Virus record (IMG/VR): IMGVR_UViG_3300050821_004255
Coordinates: 1-64,000 of that record
Direction: 5' to 3' (one strand)
Length of the DNA stretch: 64,000 bases
Origin: a virus
The first letter of the stretch is position 1. Each line of letters starts with the position of its first letter. Position numbers and translations under genes: made by a program. Of the stretch, positions 48,144-58,244 are shown one piece after another. Below the pieces are notes generated by a model. The model had not been told where the DNA came from and searched no databases. It saw only the letters and a list, made by a program, of their open reading frames with translations.

Positions 48144-49148
48144 GAGAACCTCCAAAAACTCCCTCGCGCACCGCTCCCACGTCCATTTTCGCATGGTCTC
48201 TCGAATCCGTGCTCCCTCGACCGGCAGGCTGTCTCTGGACCGGTATGCGGTCTCCAAGTTGGCCAGGATCTCGTCCAGATCCGGTTCCACCCAGACGCCC
48301 GTTACAGACCCGTCAGGCGCTTTTGCCAAGTACTCGCCGTTGTGGGTCAGGTTCAGCGGATTGTGCTCCTCCAGGACATCCTTGTGGCCCGTGGCATAGG
48401 TCGCAATCACTGGGCGACCGGAAGCCATGTACTCCATCATGACGAGGTTGGTTCCAGCCTCGCAGCGATTCGGGAATAGACCGATGTCGCTGCAACGGTA
48501 GAGATCTGGCATCTGGGCATGCGGAACCGCTGCGAACTTTGATCCAATGATTCGCGCCGGATCGCAGCCCCAGGCTTCGCGACGACCGTAGTTCCATGGA
48601 TTATGCCAGTTGGGACTAAACCAAGCATCCTTGTGGAGACCCATGAACACGCGCATCGCAGCTAGGACGATGTCTTGGCCTTTCCGTGGCTCGTACTTGC
48701 CGCCGCTGAACACGATGAACCGATCATCCTTCTCGCGAGGCTGGATTTCGAAGAACTCAGGGCCGACGCCCTGAAGAATCGCATGGACCGGCAGCGGCAA
48801 ATGAAAATCGGCCAGCATGTCGCGGCACCACGTCGAACCGGCCACGATCTTGTCGAAGTAGCGAGGGGCATTCAGCATATAGCGCTTGACGAGAACATTG
48901 TCCTCGATAAAACAGTAGCCCACGTCAGCTTTGCTGAAATACTGCGGCCTCAGTGGCAGAAGATTGACGCCCTGGATCGCGTGCAAGAGCGGGCAATCGT
49001 ACATCTCTGGATAATCGCTGGCCGTATGGACCTCAATCACCTCTGTGAGCTTCTTGAGCGCCTCGGTAAGTCTCGTTGAGGCAACACTCCAGCCGAAGGG
49101 ATGGCCTTGTTCTGGAAGAGACAGGGCGATCACGCTACGTGCCTCCAC
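48135..49148 (-). CDS. GT-B glycosyltransferase (family 4-like)
   Basis: GKYEPRKGQDI; LYRCSDIGLFPNRCEAGTNLVMMEYMASGRPVIAT. Confidence 0.9.
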   Translation of the reverse strand: MEARSVIALSLPEQGHPFGWSVASTRLTEALKKLTEVIEVHTASDYPEMYDCPLLHAIQGVNLLPLRPQYFSKADVGYCFIEDNVLVKRYMLNAPRYFDKIVAGSTWCRDMLADFHLPLPVHAILQGVGPEFFEIQPREKDDRFIVFSGGKYEPRKGQDIVLAAMRVFMGLHKDAWFSPNWHNPWNYGRREAWGCDPARIIGSKFAAVPHAQMPDLYRCSDIGLFPNRCEAGTNLVMMEYMASGRPVIATYATGHKDVLEEHNPLNLTHNGEYLAKAPDGSVTGVWVEPDLDEILANLETAYRSRDSLPVEGARIRETMRKWTWERCAREFLEVLTS

Positions 49149-49837
49149 GTGAGGCGCTTTATGATCCCGCTAATCGTGCCTTTGGTTACGCCATACTCTC
49201 TCCCTAGCGGTCGTAGACCTTCACCATTGGTAAACCGTCTGCGAATCTCAGAAACCTGTGCCTCTGTTAGCTTGGCTGAACCCTTAGCCGTTCCACAAAT
49301 AAGATCCGGCCTTTCCACATATAAAACCGGAAGATGCCTCCAGGTACGACCGTGAATAATATCGCATGCAGTCCCGAGGGTAATGCCATATTTCTTGGCG
49401 ATCACAGATTGTCGGAGGATCTGCCCATCCGCCAACCTGCGAATCTCAAGAACGTCCGCATCCGTTAGCTGTGTTCGGCCATTACGCTCGCCAATTGGTG
49501 TGCGACGTTTATCAACCGAATCCTGGCGATTCTGTTCATTTGTCCCAGGGAATAGGTGGAAGCCATTGCAGCAGATCGGATTGTCACAGACATGACACGC
49601 TTGTATGTCAACGCCCAAGCTTCCCCTGAATAGCAGCAGCGCTAGACGATTACATCTATAGCTCCTGCCATCAACGGAATAGCATCCATAGCCATCGTCA
49701 AAAGTGCCGGCCGTCCACGGCCAACATTCCATCCGACCACCAACTCTGACATTGGACCAAAACCCGGCAATTTCAGAGGCCGACATTTCAAGAGTTTCGC
49801 CGCCATCGTCTAAAATAGTGATAAGGTTATCCGTCAC
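49130..49837 (-). CDS. HNH homing endonuclease with two C-terminal HTH-like repeats
   Basis: CWPW...GYG...ACHVCDNPICCNGFHLFPGT..QN; two LT...V.EIRR...W.H repeats. Confidence 0.85.
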   Translation of the reverse strand: MTDNLITILDDGGETLEMSASEIAGFWSNVRVGGRMECWPWTAGTFDDGYGCYSVDGRSYRCNRLALLLFRGSLGVDIQACHVCDNPICCNGFHLFPGTNEQNRQDSVDKRRTPIGERNGRTQLTDADVLEIRRLADGQILRQSVIAKKYGITLGTACDIIHGRTWRHLPVLYVERPDLICGTAKGSAKLTEAQVSEIRRRFTNGEGLRPLGREYGVTKGTISGIIKRLTWRHVA

Positions 49838-51204
49838 GCCACCCCTCCGATAAGTTTCTCAAGTTCATTGGCGAGATGCCTTATGGTGTCTTCCCATTCC
49901 AATGGCTTGGCTGCTCTGAATAGCCGTACGGAAGGGTACCAGGGAGTATCGTCGGAGCCGAGTTGCCACCTAAAATCCGCACCAGGGGAAAGCATAACCC
50001 ACGTTCTAACTCCTAAACTGCCCGCGATATGGGCTATGCTCGTATCGACCGTGATCACCAAGTCGAGCTCCTGAATCGCTTGCGCTAGATCGTAAAGCGA
50101 ATCTATCCCAAGATCCAGCATTCTCCCATGTAACGCCTTGTACTGAAGACTCACGGGCGTAATATCCATGGCTAGCAGAGGATTGTATAGCTGTGGATCT
50201 ATGCTCCTAAATTTATCGTTTCCGTGGGCTGGTTGGCCCTTCCAGCAAAAGCCCACTCGTGGGCTTGTGGCCTCGATGTCGAAGCGCTTGTTGTACTGGA
50301 CCATGATGTACTGATCCGGCCCGTAGAAAATACTGCCATATTGATCGAGCGACAAACCCGGCAGCGACATCATCGGGACATTGAAGTCGTACGGCTCAGC
50401 TTCTTTCGGATCGGCCACGCAAAAATCAACGTCGTTTGTGAAGTCCAGCAGTTTGCTCAAGTCTGGCTTGGCCAGCACAATGACCGAAGCCGCTTTCTGG
50501 AACTTCTTCAGCCAGCGCGCATACCGAACGCACATGATGCTGTCACCAATTCCTTGCTCGGCGCACATCAGGATCGTCTTGCCGGTCAAGTCTTGTTCGC
50601 CACGCCATGTCGGCTTCCCGTTCATGGGCACCGGCGACGGAGCCGTGGCATAGCGAAGTTCGTACTCCTGAAAGCCTTCTTTGAACTTGCCTTGGGCCAG
50701 CAGCGCCAGCGATCGGTAAAACCGGGCTTCCAGGTTTGTCGGGTCAAGCTTGACCACGGCATCATACGCCGCTTCGGCTTCAGGAAAGCGCCCGAGGACG
50801 TGGTAAAGATGCGCCAGATTGATGCCGAAGACTGGATTGTTAGGCTGAAGCGAAATCGCCGTTTTGAAGTCAGTCTCGGCCAGAACCCACTGCCGCAATT
50901 CTTCTTGCAACACGCCGTTGACGTTGAAGGCGTAAGGCTGAAGCGTTGGGCTGACTTCCATGATACGGGAAATGGTTAGAGTAGCGGCATCGGTCTTGCC
51001 CCCTTTGGTTTGAGCCATTGCGAGGCCGATTTGAGAGTCTATGTAGCCTTGTGTGATCACGCCGGCCGCCTCGAATTCGCCTTCAGCCGCCCATGCAAAA
51101 AAGCGTGCGGCTTTCCCCCAGGCTTTGTTGTGCGCGTAGATAGTGGCAATCTCGTACCAATCGCGCGGGGTGATAGCTTCGTCTGTTTGTGCAAGTGGCG
51201 TCAT
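49834..51204 (-). CDS. TPR-containing glycosyltransferase (family 9-like)
   Basis: TPR helices; EQGIGDSI; LDLVITVDTSIAHIAGSLG...RW....DTPWYPSVRLFR. Confidence 0.9.
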   Translation of the reverse strand: MTPLAQTDEAITPRDWYEIATIYAHNKAWGKAARFFAWAAEGEFEAAGVITQGYIDSQIGLAMAQTKGGKTDAATLTISRIMEVSPTLQPYAFNVNGVLQEELRQWVLAETDFKTAISLQPNNPVFGINLAHLYHVLGRFPEAEAAYDAVVKLDPTNLEARFYRSLALLAQGKFKEGFQEYELRYATAPSPVPMNGKPTWRGEQDLTGKTILMCAEQGIGDSIMCVRYARWLKKFQKAASVIVLAKPDLSKLLDFTNDVDFCVADPKEAEPYDFNVPMMSLPGLSLDQYGSIFYGPDQYIMVQYNKRFDIEATSPRVGFCWKGQPAHGNDKFRSIDPQLYNPLLAMDITPVSLQYKALHGRMLDLGIDSLYDLAQAIQELDLVITVDTSIAHIAGSLGVRTWVMLSPGADFRWQLGSDDTPWYPSVRLFRAAKPLEWEDTIRHLANELEKLIGGVA

Positions 51205-51635
51205 ATGCCTTCCGTCTCCAGCGTCAAAACAATCTTGTGGCAGTCACTGGGCCGCGTCGGCCAGATAACCCATGGACCGTTATTGTAGAGGTCTCCGTCA
51301 TCCTCGATGATTTTCGTTCTCACGAGCAAATCTTCAAGCGTGACAAAACTTCCAGAGCGATCGGGAAGGCTTTGGCCCTTGCCTGTCGTCAAATACTCCA
51401 TCGGGCAAAATCGCTCGAACGTGATCTTTGGATGCAGTAGGCGCACGTCCCACAGCTCTTGCGGTATCTGTTCGATCAGATAATTCAGCTTGGCGTTCAG
51501 CTTCCGGTCTTTCACGATGCCGGCCACAACATCGGGCTTGCCGGGGATCGGCTTCTTGCGCTTTCGGATTGTCGCCCGATACGAGTCCTTGACGTTCGGC
51601 ACTTCGCCGAAGAACTCAAGCACGATTTTCGGCAT
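51201..51635 (-). CDS. RusA-like Holliday junction resolvase (divergent)
   Basis: G.VP..K start; PD......EDLL....IIEDD. Confidence 0.5.
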   Translation of the reverse strand: MPKIVLEFFGEVPNVKDSYRATIRKRKKPIPGKPDVVAGIVKDRKLNAKLNYLIEQIPQELWDVRLLHPKITFERFCPMEYLTTGKGQSLPDRSGSFVTLEDLLVRTKIIEDDGDLYNNGPWVIWPTRPSDCHKIVLTLETEGI

Positions 51636-51822
51636 CGGCTACGATCTCCGCGACTTGCCCCTGAAAGTCCGCGATACGCTGCGGACCAGCGCACAGCCCT
51701 ATCGCTTTCTGAAGCTGCCGGTCCAACGTCTTGATCAAGACGTGAGTTAGCTCCAACTGCGCCTCAAGGCTGGCGATGCGTCTATCTTTCGTCTCAAGCA
51801 ATTGCTGCGTGTCGATATGCAT
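51616..51822 (-). CDS. Small coiled-coil protein
   Basis: Start MHIDTQQ probable; upstream part of the tracked ORF overlaps the HNH gene. Confidence 0.5.
   Translation of the reverse strand: MHIDTQQLLETKDRRIASLEAQLELTHVLIKTLDRQLQKAIGLCAGPQRIADFQGQVAEIVADAENRA
51726..51743. repeat. 18-bp dispersed palindrome, copy 12 (perfect)
   Basis: ACGTCTTGATCAAGACGT, intragenic. Confidence 0.95.
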
Positions 51823-52144
51823 AAGGGTTATGATCCTGTCCGTGGCACTCGTTGCAGAGTCCCTCGCTGTTTTCGATGCTATCAATTCTGCCCGCTGACC
51901 GATGCTTACGGTGGTGGTTCTGCAATGGTCGTAGCATCCCGCATCTGGCGCAACGGTAATCCTGTCGCTGGAAGACAATCCGACTAACTTCCCGCCAATT
52001 CCAATCGACAATCTTCTGCGCGGCGTCTTTCTCGTTGAACGCTCGTACATCCGTGCGGCCTATTTCCCCATGCGCCATCCAAAAGTAATCGCCAGTCTTG
52101 ACGATAACTAAGCCGGTGATGCGCTCTGCATGGCGGATGGTCAC
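51794..52144 (-). CDS. Small HNH endonuclease
   Basis: CARCG...HHRKHRS.G.....N...LCNECH...H. Confidence 0.8.
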   Translation of the reverse strand: MTIRHAERITGLVIVKTGDYFWMAHGEIGRTDVRAFNEKDAAQKIVDWNWREVSRIVFQRQDYRCARCGMLRPLQNHHRKHRSAGRIDSIENSEGLCNECHGQDHNPYAYRHAAIA

Positions 52145-52305
52145 GTGCGCTTCCTCGTGGCATAAACACCAGATCGCTTCATCTTGCCGTGCGCAAACCG
52201 CGACTTATCGCGGCTATCCACGATGCGAGCGTTGTTCGCCTCTTTGCGCTGTTGGTTCTCGTTGCGCTGTCGCTCTTGATCGGCACGCTGCTGTTCCGTA
52301 ATCAT
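52141..52305 (-). CDS. Small basic protein (54 aa, not in ORF track)
   Basis: MITEQQRADQERQ...; coupled by ATGA/GTGA overlaps. Confidence 0.45.
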   Translation of the reverse strand: MITEQQRADQERQRNENQQRKEANNARIVDSRDKSRFAHGKMKRSGVYATRKRT

Positions 52306-52508
52306 CTATCGCCACCCTCTTGCTTTTTCTTCCGTGAGGCCTTCCGAAAGTGCGCGGCGTCGATACACGTCGCAAAATGGCAAACCCGGTATTCCAGATC
52401 ATCCCACGGGAGCATTTTAGCAGTCGTTGGGTGGGGCATCCAGTACACTTTCGCCTTACACCGCGCGCCCCGGCACGGTACGGCTTTGGGTTGGAAAGAG
52501 CCGGTCAT
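52302..52508 (-). CDS. Small zinc-binding protein
   Basis: CRGARC...W...HFATC motif. Confidence 0.6.
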   Translation of the reverse strand: MTGSFQPKAVPCRGARCKAKVYWMPHPTTAKMLPWDDLEYRVCHFATCIDAAHFRKASRKKKQEGGDR

Positions 52509-53323
52509 TGCTGCCCCTGGTTCTCGAAAGCTCGAGCCCGCACAATCCATTCCAGATCACACTCTTCGATCATGCGGCACAGAATCTCCCCGGCGAAGCC
52601 TGTCCCACACACGGCTTGCGTCTCTGGCTTAACAAGAAATTCTTCAATGCGGCGCTTCTGGTCTTTCGTGACCGTAAAGATGACAGTGTCGTAATCCAGG
52701 CTCCCCGGCTCGATGCCGTTATCTGACTTGTAGATCGACTCTTTTAGCTCTTTGATCGTCTCGACTTTTGCTCTGTCCAGCCACTCTTGGGCGTTACTGT
52801 CTTTCGCTTTGACGACTTTGGAGATTGTCGCCAACTTGTTAAAGCCGATCTCACGGAACTCCGACATCTGGATCGCCGGAAACGCCACACCAATGTCTTT
52901 TGCAACGTAAAGCTCAGCCCTGGAGATTCCGGTCAATGCCGGCAGACCGCGCTCGCTATCCGACATCAGATCGTCCAGCGTCCTGAAACCTAGCGCCCGA
53001 TACATCTGCGGGCGTTTTTGAAGTAAGACCAGCGCCCGCCCTATGAGCATCTTGAGCACTCCTTGGACTTTCTTGACTCGGGATTCGACTTTGCAGCACA
53101 AAGCCAGCGCGTCCCATAGGGCGTTATCGGTAATATCTTCGGGGATAGCGACATCGATTCGCTCATTTTGCTTCAACAAAGCCGTTAGCAAATCACGCTC
53201 AACAGCCGACAAAGACCCCTCGGAAAGCGGGTCGAACAAGCCCGCCAATTCAGCCAGTGTCGTTGGTACAACCACTGGGATCAAGGCGGTTCCGTTTATT
53301 ACAGCTTTGATTGTATCTGACAT
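52505..53323 (-). CDS. Putative DNA-binding protein (DUF3102-like helical region)
   Basis: IGRALV......MYRALGFRTLDD......ISRAELY pattern. Confidence 0.45.
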   Translation of the reverse strand: MSDTIKAVINGTALIPVVVPTTLAELAGLFDPLSEGSLSAVERDLLTALLKQNERIDVAIPEDITDNALWDALALCCKVESRVKKVQGVLKMLIGRALVLLQKRPQMYRALGFRTLDDLMSDSERGLPALTGISRAELYVAKDIGVAFPAIQMSEFREIGFNKLATISKVVKAKDSNAQEWLDRAKVETIKELKESIYKSDNGIEPGSLDYDTVIFTVTKDQKRRIEEFLVKPETQAVCGTGFAGEILCRMIEECDLEWIVRARAFENQGQQ

Positions 53324-53335
53324 GGTATATATGTG

Positions 53336-54451
53336 TCAACTGTTATTTTGGTCTCCTGCGGCTGCGAAGTCGAATACTTCTTGGCTCAGGCGTCGCACGG
53401 ACATCTCAAGATACTCTTGATTCAGCTCAATGCCAATAGCTCGGCAACCGTTCCCTTTGGCGACGAGGGCCGTTGTGCCCGCACCGGAGAATGGATCGAG
53501 GACTGTACCGCATTTCTGGCATCCAGCAAGAACGCATGGTGTAATCAGCGCTGGAGGAAATACGGCGAAATGAGCTTCTGGAAATGGCTCTGTATTCACG
53601 GTCCAGACGTCCCGCTTATTTCTATTGTCGCCACAGCCTACATCGCGCATGTCGCGCCCTTCCCGGTTGGCAGGCCCTGAGTCCGATTCTCGAAAGTGAC
53701 CTTGGCCCCGAAATGCGTTAGCGCCGCCGCGCCCTTTTGGCTTCCATTCTTCATCGCTGCCGCGAGCGCCGTTTGAATCCTGATAGCTCAATCTCGCGTC
53801 TCGTTTGAACCCGTTACCGGAAGAATGGCCGGCGACCGAAGGTTCTTTGATGGCTTCATGATCGTAAAAATAGTTCGCGGACTTGGAAAGCAGGAAGATG
53901 TACTCATGGCTGCGCGTTGGACGATCCTCGACGCTTTCTGGCATCGGATTAGGCTTGGCCCAGATAATATCGGAGCGTAGATACCAGCCATTGGCTTGCA
54001 GTGCGAAGGCCACGCGCCAAGGGATGCCGACAAGATCCTTCGGCTTGAGACCCGCACAAATTGTGCTACGTTTCGTCTGGACGCTTTGGCTTAACGTCTC
54101 TCGGTACTTACCCGACGCGCCGTTTACTCCATGCAGCCCCGACTTCGCGGAGACTCCTTGTGTCTTGTTACCAGGAGGCGAGGAAGCATAACTGTCGCCG
54201 ATGTTCAGCCACAACGTCCCGTCATCCCGCAGCACGCGCCGCACTTCACCCAAGATACCCACTAACGCTGAGACATACAGATCCGGCGTCTGTTCTAATC
54301 CAATCTGTCCCTCGCTGGAATAATCCCGCAGCCCCCAATATGGCGGCGAGGTCACGCAGCAGTTTACCGATTCAGCGGGAAGCTCTCGCAGAACGTCAAG
54401 GCAATTGCCATGATAGAGTGTGACACCAGACTGTTCGTAATACGGTATCAT
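53336..54451 (-). CDS. Beta-class amino (N4-C/N6-A) DNA methyltransferase
   Basis: Motif IV TSPPY near N-terminus, motif I DPFSGAGTT near C-terminus. Confidence 0.93.
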   Translation of the reverse strand: MIPYYEQSGVTLYHGNCLDVLRELPAESVNCCVTSPPYWGLRDYSSEGQIGLEQTPDLYVSALVGILGEVRRVLRDDGTLWLNIGDSYASSPPGNKTQGVSAKSGLHGVNGASGKYRETLSQSVQTKRSTICAGLKPKDLVGIPWRVAFALQANGWYLRSDIIWAKPNPMPESVEDRPTRSHEYIFLLSKSANYFYDHEAIKEPSVAGHSSGNGFKRDARLSYQDSNGARGSDEEWKPKGRGGANAFRGQGHFRESDSGPANREGRDMRDVGCGDNRNKRDVWTVNTEPFPEAHFAVFPPALITPCVLAGCQKCGTVLDPFSGAGTTALVAKGNGCRAIGIELNQEYLEMSVRRLSQEVFDFAAAGDQNNS

Positions 54452-55818
54452 TGGTCTCCAGCCGCTGCGCTCTTGTAGTCTTCATCTGGCAAGTCATAGG
54501 CGTCGTTCATGAACAAAGTATATTGCGCCAGATAGTACAGTTTTATGTCACCCGTTGGGCCGTTGCGGCATTTCTCCACAATTAAAATTCCGCGACCCTT
54601 TAAGTCTTCGCGATTCTTGCGATAGACCTCTTCGCGAAATACTACTGCTCCGCAGTCTGAAATTTCTTCTATCGTTCCAGAGCCACGACACTGACTTAGG
54701 CGTGGCCGTTTGTCGCCCTGTACTTTCTCTGATTCGCGATTCAATTGAGACAGCAGGATAAGTGGTATCCCGGTACTCTTTGCCAGCAATTGCAAGTCGT
54801 GTCCGATCTCAGTGAATGCCTCGTTTTCGTTGTTGAATCGCCGCCCCTTTGTCGGTCGCAGTAACTGAAAGAAGTCGATTCCACAGGCCGCAACGGGCTG
54901 CTCACGCGCCAGAGACTGCAATCGCATTCCCATGTCACCGACTCTAAGCCCCGAACTATCGTCGATATAGATCGGCCACTTGGAAATCCGTGACAGCGCA
55001 ACCTGCAAGCGCGTGCGCTCTTCCTGATCCAGATAGCCGAGCCGGAACTTATTCAGATCTACGCGAGCCTCAGCGCACATGAGACGATTCAGGCACGATT
55101 GCTTAGACATCTCAAGGGAGAATAGCACACAGAAACCGCCGCGTTTGGCAATATAGCTAAGTATATTTAGCAGAATCGCAGTTTTACCTTGACTAGGTCT
55201 CGCGCCGATCACGAAGATCTCTTTCGGATGAATGCCGCTGGTCCATTCGTCTAGCTTGATGAAGCCAGTCTTGATCCCCTGCTCGAACTTCGAAGGATCG
55301 AGCAAGACATTCAGGCCACCGGGGAACTGGTCGATATACTGCGAAATCATCTGGCCGCTGGAATCTAGCGTGTTGCCGATCTCTGTCAGTCCGCTCTGGC
55401 CTTTGGCGATGACATCGGTTGATATGGCATCTGACGCGGTCGCGAGCTTGTATAAGTCACGCGAGTGAAGGATTATTTTTCGAAGCCGGGACTTCTCCGC
55501 GATCACGCGGACATACGCAGCGATATTGAAATTCATCGGTGCGCCAGTATCCAACTCAACCAAGTACGAAAGGGTTACTTTTTCGCTTTCGCCGCGTTGC
55601 GCTAGTGCGTTAGCTACAGTCACGCGGTCGATTGGTTCACCGCTGGCCTGAAGGTCTTTCATGACCGAGAAAATAGTGCGATTCTTGTAATCAAAGAAAT
55701 CCGCTTCTTCAAGCGCTTGCCCGATAATTGAGAATTGAGCATCGTCCAAGAGCACACACCCCAGCGCCACTCGTTCCAGATCCGGCACACTTGGCATCAG
55801 CTCGGACTTACCGGCCAT
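54448..55818 (-). CDS. dnaB: Replicative DNA helicase
   Basis: GARPSQGKT Walker A, FSLEMS, LSQLNR, GSGTIE, KCRNGPTG. Confidence 0.95.
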   Translation of the reverse strand: MAGKSELMPSVPDLERVALGCVLLDDAQFSIIGQALEEADFFDYKNRTIFSVMKDLQASGEPIDRVTVANALAQRGESEKVTLSYLVELDTGAPMNFNIAAYVRVIAEKSRLRKIILHSRDLYKLATASDAISTDVIAKGQSGLTEIGNTLDSSGQMISQYIDQFPGGLNVLLDPSKFEQGIKTGFIKLDEWTSGIHPKEIFVIGARPSQGKTAILLNILSYIAKRGGFCVLFSLEMSKQSCLNRLMCAEARVDLNKFRLGYLDQEERTRLQVALSRISKWPIYIDDSSGLRVGDMGMRLQSLAREQPVAACGIDFFQLLRPTKGRRFNNENEAFTEIGHDLQLLAKSTGIPLILLSQLNRESEKVQGDKRPRLSQCRGSGTIEEISDCGAVVFREEVYRKNREDLKGRGILIVEKCRNGPTGDIKLYYLAQYTLFMNDAYDLPDEDYKSAAAGDQ

Positions 55819-56083
55819 GGTTGGCCTCTTTCACATCTTGATCCAGACGTGACTTGCTTCTCCTTGCTGCTTGCTTAATTCCGTGCCTGCGGTTTTCTTC
55901 GGCGGCTTTAGCCGCTTGGCATGACTTCTTCGGACAGTAGTGGGCATTCCATGCGTGGCTCGTACAGGTCTGCCGACAACCACGGCAGATGAACTGGTAG
56001 GTATTCTGCTGCATGCCGACGAAGCCGCGCTGACGACCGGATTGATCAATTTCGCCGATCAGTGGCAATATATTTCCTCCCAC
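55808..56083 (-). CDS. Small zinc-binding protein
   Basis: CRGC...YC...C; start uncertain. Confidence 0.5.
   Translation of the reverse strand: MGGNILPLIGEIDQSGRQRGFVGMQQNTYQFICRGCRQTCTSHAWNAHYCPKKSCQAAKAAEENRRHGIKQAARRSKSRLDQDVKEANHGR
55833..55850. repeat. 18-bp dispersed palindrome, copy 13
   Basis: ACATCTTGATCCAGACGT (extends to 22 bp), just upstream of the dnaB RBS. Confidence 0.95.
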
Positions 56084-56355
56084 GCCCTTTTACTGATAAA
56101 CTGCCCCGTAAAGGGGCAGCGCAACGGCTCCGGTGCCGGATTCATAATCTTTGGCAGGCAGACCAATTGCCGCGGACAAACACAGGCCTTTCCGTTCATG
56201 TGGTGGACTTCAAAACCATCTGGGACTGGCCGACCCGCGATTTTCTCCCAAACTGCCAGATGCAGATACTTGTTTCGATTCGGGCCGCGCTTGCTAATTC
56301 GGGCATAGCCCCGCGAGTTGATCCGGACTGCGCCAAAGATGGGGTGAATCGGCAC
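56059..56355 (-). CDS. Small HNH-family protein
   Basis: GY.RI......YLH..VWE...G..VP.G.EVHH.NG. Confidence 0.7.
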   Translation of the reverse strand: MPIHPIFGAVRINSRGYARISKRGPNRNKYLHLAVWEKIAGRPVPDGFEVHHMNGKACVCPRQLVCLPKIMNPAPEPLRCPFTGQFISKRAWEEIYCH

Positions 56356-56356
56356 G

Positions 56357-56569
56357 TTACTCCTCGCTGTCCTGAGCTTCCAAAACCCCGAGCGTTTGCC
56401 CGTCGCCGAATTCTACGTGCTCTTGTGATCCAAGTTTGTATGGATTGCGCTGATGTTTTTTCAATTCCGATCCAGGCCACTCGGCCTGCATATAGGAAAC
56501 ATAGCCCTGCCGGCGAGGCGTCATGACTTTAAATTCGGCTAAGGTGACTAGCTTGGGCGTTTCGTCCAT
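56357..56569 (-). CDS. Small hypothetical protein
   Basis: GGAGGAG RBS before MDETPK. Confidence 0.55.
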   Translation of the reverse strand: MDETPKLVTLAEFKVMTPRRQGYVSYMQAEWPGSELKKHQRNPYKLGSQEHVEFGDGQTLGVLEAQDSEE

Positions 56570-56571
56570 TT

Positions 56572-56886
56572 TCACTCCTCCCGCTTTCGCCCCGGTCCAA
56601 AGAACCGTTCGTAGTCCAGCGCCGAATCTTCGATACCATCGGCCGGCTTCCACTTCTGGCAGTAGACCTTGCGCATCTCCAGCGGCGTTGGACAGCGCGG
56701 ACTGACCAAGAGAACCAGATCAGCGAACTGCTCCGCTCGTGCCATATCTGGCCCGGTCAGATTCAGCATTGATTTAGCCAGCCCTGTGACTCCAGCCTCC
56801 GTCTTGGGAAATGAGTAGGGCTGGAGTGTTTCCCACTGCTCGATAAGGGTTATTGCCTTTGCTATATGTTCCGGTAAATGCGTCAC
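56572..56886 (-). CDS. Hypothetical protein following the initiator (helicase loader/inhibitor candidate)
   Basis: GTGA coupling; CPTPLEMR motif. Confidence 0.5.
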   Translation of the reverse strand: MTHLPEHIAKAITLIEQWETLQPYSFPKTEAGVTGLAKSMLNLTGPDMARAEQFADLVLLVSPRCPTPLEMRKVYCQKWKPADGIEDSALDYERFFGPGRKREE

Positions 56887-58244
56887 TTAACAGTCTCCTT
56901 TGCCATAGCTGCGTATTTCTCTTTCAGGCTCTCAACAGCCGTCTTGGGTTTGCTGTTGGCCGTTTTTGGCTTCTCGGCCCAAGCGAAGTCGCCCTTGTAG
57001 ACCCGGTACCAGTTCTGATTGTCGGCGTCTTTTGATTTTTTGAATAACCAACTGAAATCGTTGATATTTATGTACGGATGGCCCACGCGAATCATTGTGG
57101 CGCATCGCTCCAGGATCTCCTGGTAGTGCTGCACAAACTCAGGATCTTTCTCAGCCTCGGCAAGTTTGGCCTTCGGGGAATGCCCATTCCAGGTGATTGT
57201 TTTTGGTAGGCCGGCCTGATTCCAGCGTTCGACCCAAATTGGCAATACGGGCATTCCTAGCCCCGTAGGCGAGTTGGGGGTATCAGTGGACGGCAAAAGC
57301 CCCGGCGATTGCGCCTGTGAAGCCGCAGCCTTGGTTGTGTGGATTCTGGGGGCCTCGTCCAGTGAATCTTGTAGGAATTTCGGGAATGCCGATGCGGGGT
57401 GGTAATAGTTGTGCCAGTAAGTCTCAACCAGGAACTCATCAGCGATCGAGAGAACCTGTTCTTCAGTCACATCTGGATCAAGACGTAGCAATTCTTCGCC
57501 AATCTTGCGCTTGTCCTCAGCTCTAGGCTTTGCGCCGCCCTGTTTAAGTTTCGAAGCTATGAGCCTAGTGGTCTCCTTAGGATCTACCGGTGTCGCCAGC
57601 AACTCGACTTTTGCAGTGCAGGTGGGCGAGGGGGCCGGGGGAGTGGGTTTGAATTCTTGTTCTCCCAGTTCTGAGGAAGAAGGTTTTTGATTTTCTGTTT
57701 CTGAGAAAAAAGGGGGTATAGGGGTATTTAGTTCTTCTGTTCTTAGTTCTTCTTCCTTAGAATCTAATACACCCCCACCGTCGGACATTTGACCGATGGT
57801 TTGTCCGATGGTTTGTCCGGGGTCGGGCTGTTTTTCAAAGTTTTTGAGTGCGGACATTTGTCCGGGGTCGAATTGAAATACTTCGGTCGTTACGATCGCC
57901 TTATTGGCACGGGCTATATCAAAAAGATACCGATTGATTTTGCCTGGAACGCAAACTTCAGTAACAAAGCCCAGCTTCGCCATCCAGGCGATCCTCTCCT
58001 GGAGACGCCGAACGGAGTATAGCCCCACTGTATCGTTGAAAATGCTTGGCATAGTAGCCGTTATCCACGGATCTCCAGCTTGATTGGATCGTTCCATCCG
58101 TGCTAGCTCGCCGTTGGTCGCAAACTCAAAGAAGGAAAATAGGGCGGCCGCGCAGTGATCCCCGGAGAACATCTCGATGATGTGACGCCTAAGTGTTAGA
58201 TAATACTGCGACTCAGGGTGTTTAATGAGAGTTGTCTTAGGCAT
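56883..58244 (-). CDS. Phage replication initiator
   Basis: N-terminal wHTH-like region, iteron-coding linker, C-terminal DFSWLF....NW.RV..G.F motif; upstream of dnaB. Confidence 0.75.
   Translation of the reverse strand: MPKTTLIKHPESQYYLTLRRHIIEMFSGDHCAAALFSFFEFATNGELARMERSNQAGDPWITATMPSIFNDTVGLYSVRRLQERIAWMAKLGFVTEVCVPGKINRYLFDIARANKAIVTTEVFQFDPGQMSALKNFEKQPDPGQTIGQTIGQMSDGGGVLDSKEEELRTEELNTPIPPFFSETENQKPSSSELGEQEFKPTPPAPSPTCTAKVELLATPVDPKETTRLIASKLKQGGAKPRAEDKRKIGEELLRLDPDVTEEQVLSIADEFLVETYWHNYYHPASAFPKFLQDSLDEAPRIHTTKAAASQAQSPGLLPSTDTPNSPTGLGMPVLPIWVERWNQAGLPKTITWNGHSPKAKLAEAEKDPEFVQHYQEILERCATMIRVGHPYININDFSWLFKKSKDADNQNWYRVYKGDFAWAEKPKTANSKPKTAVESLKEKYAAMAKETVK
57469..57486. repeat. 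18-bp dispersed palindrome, copy 14
   Basis: ACATCTGGATCAAGACGT inside the initiator gene. Confidence 0.95.
57660..57875. other. Putative replication origin inside the initiator gene
   Basis: Short repeats CGGACATTTG x2, CCGATGGTTTGT x2, TTGTCCGGGGTCG x2 beside an AT-rich tract, as in lambdoid origins. Confidence 0.6.
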
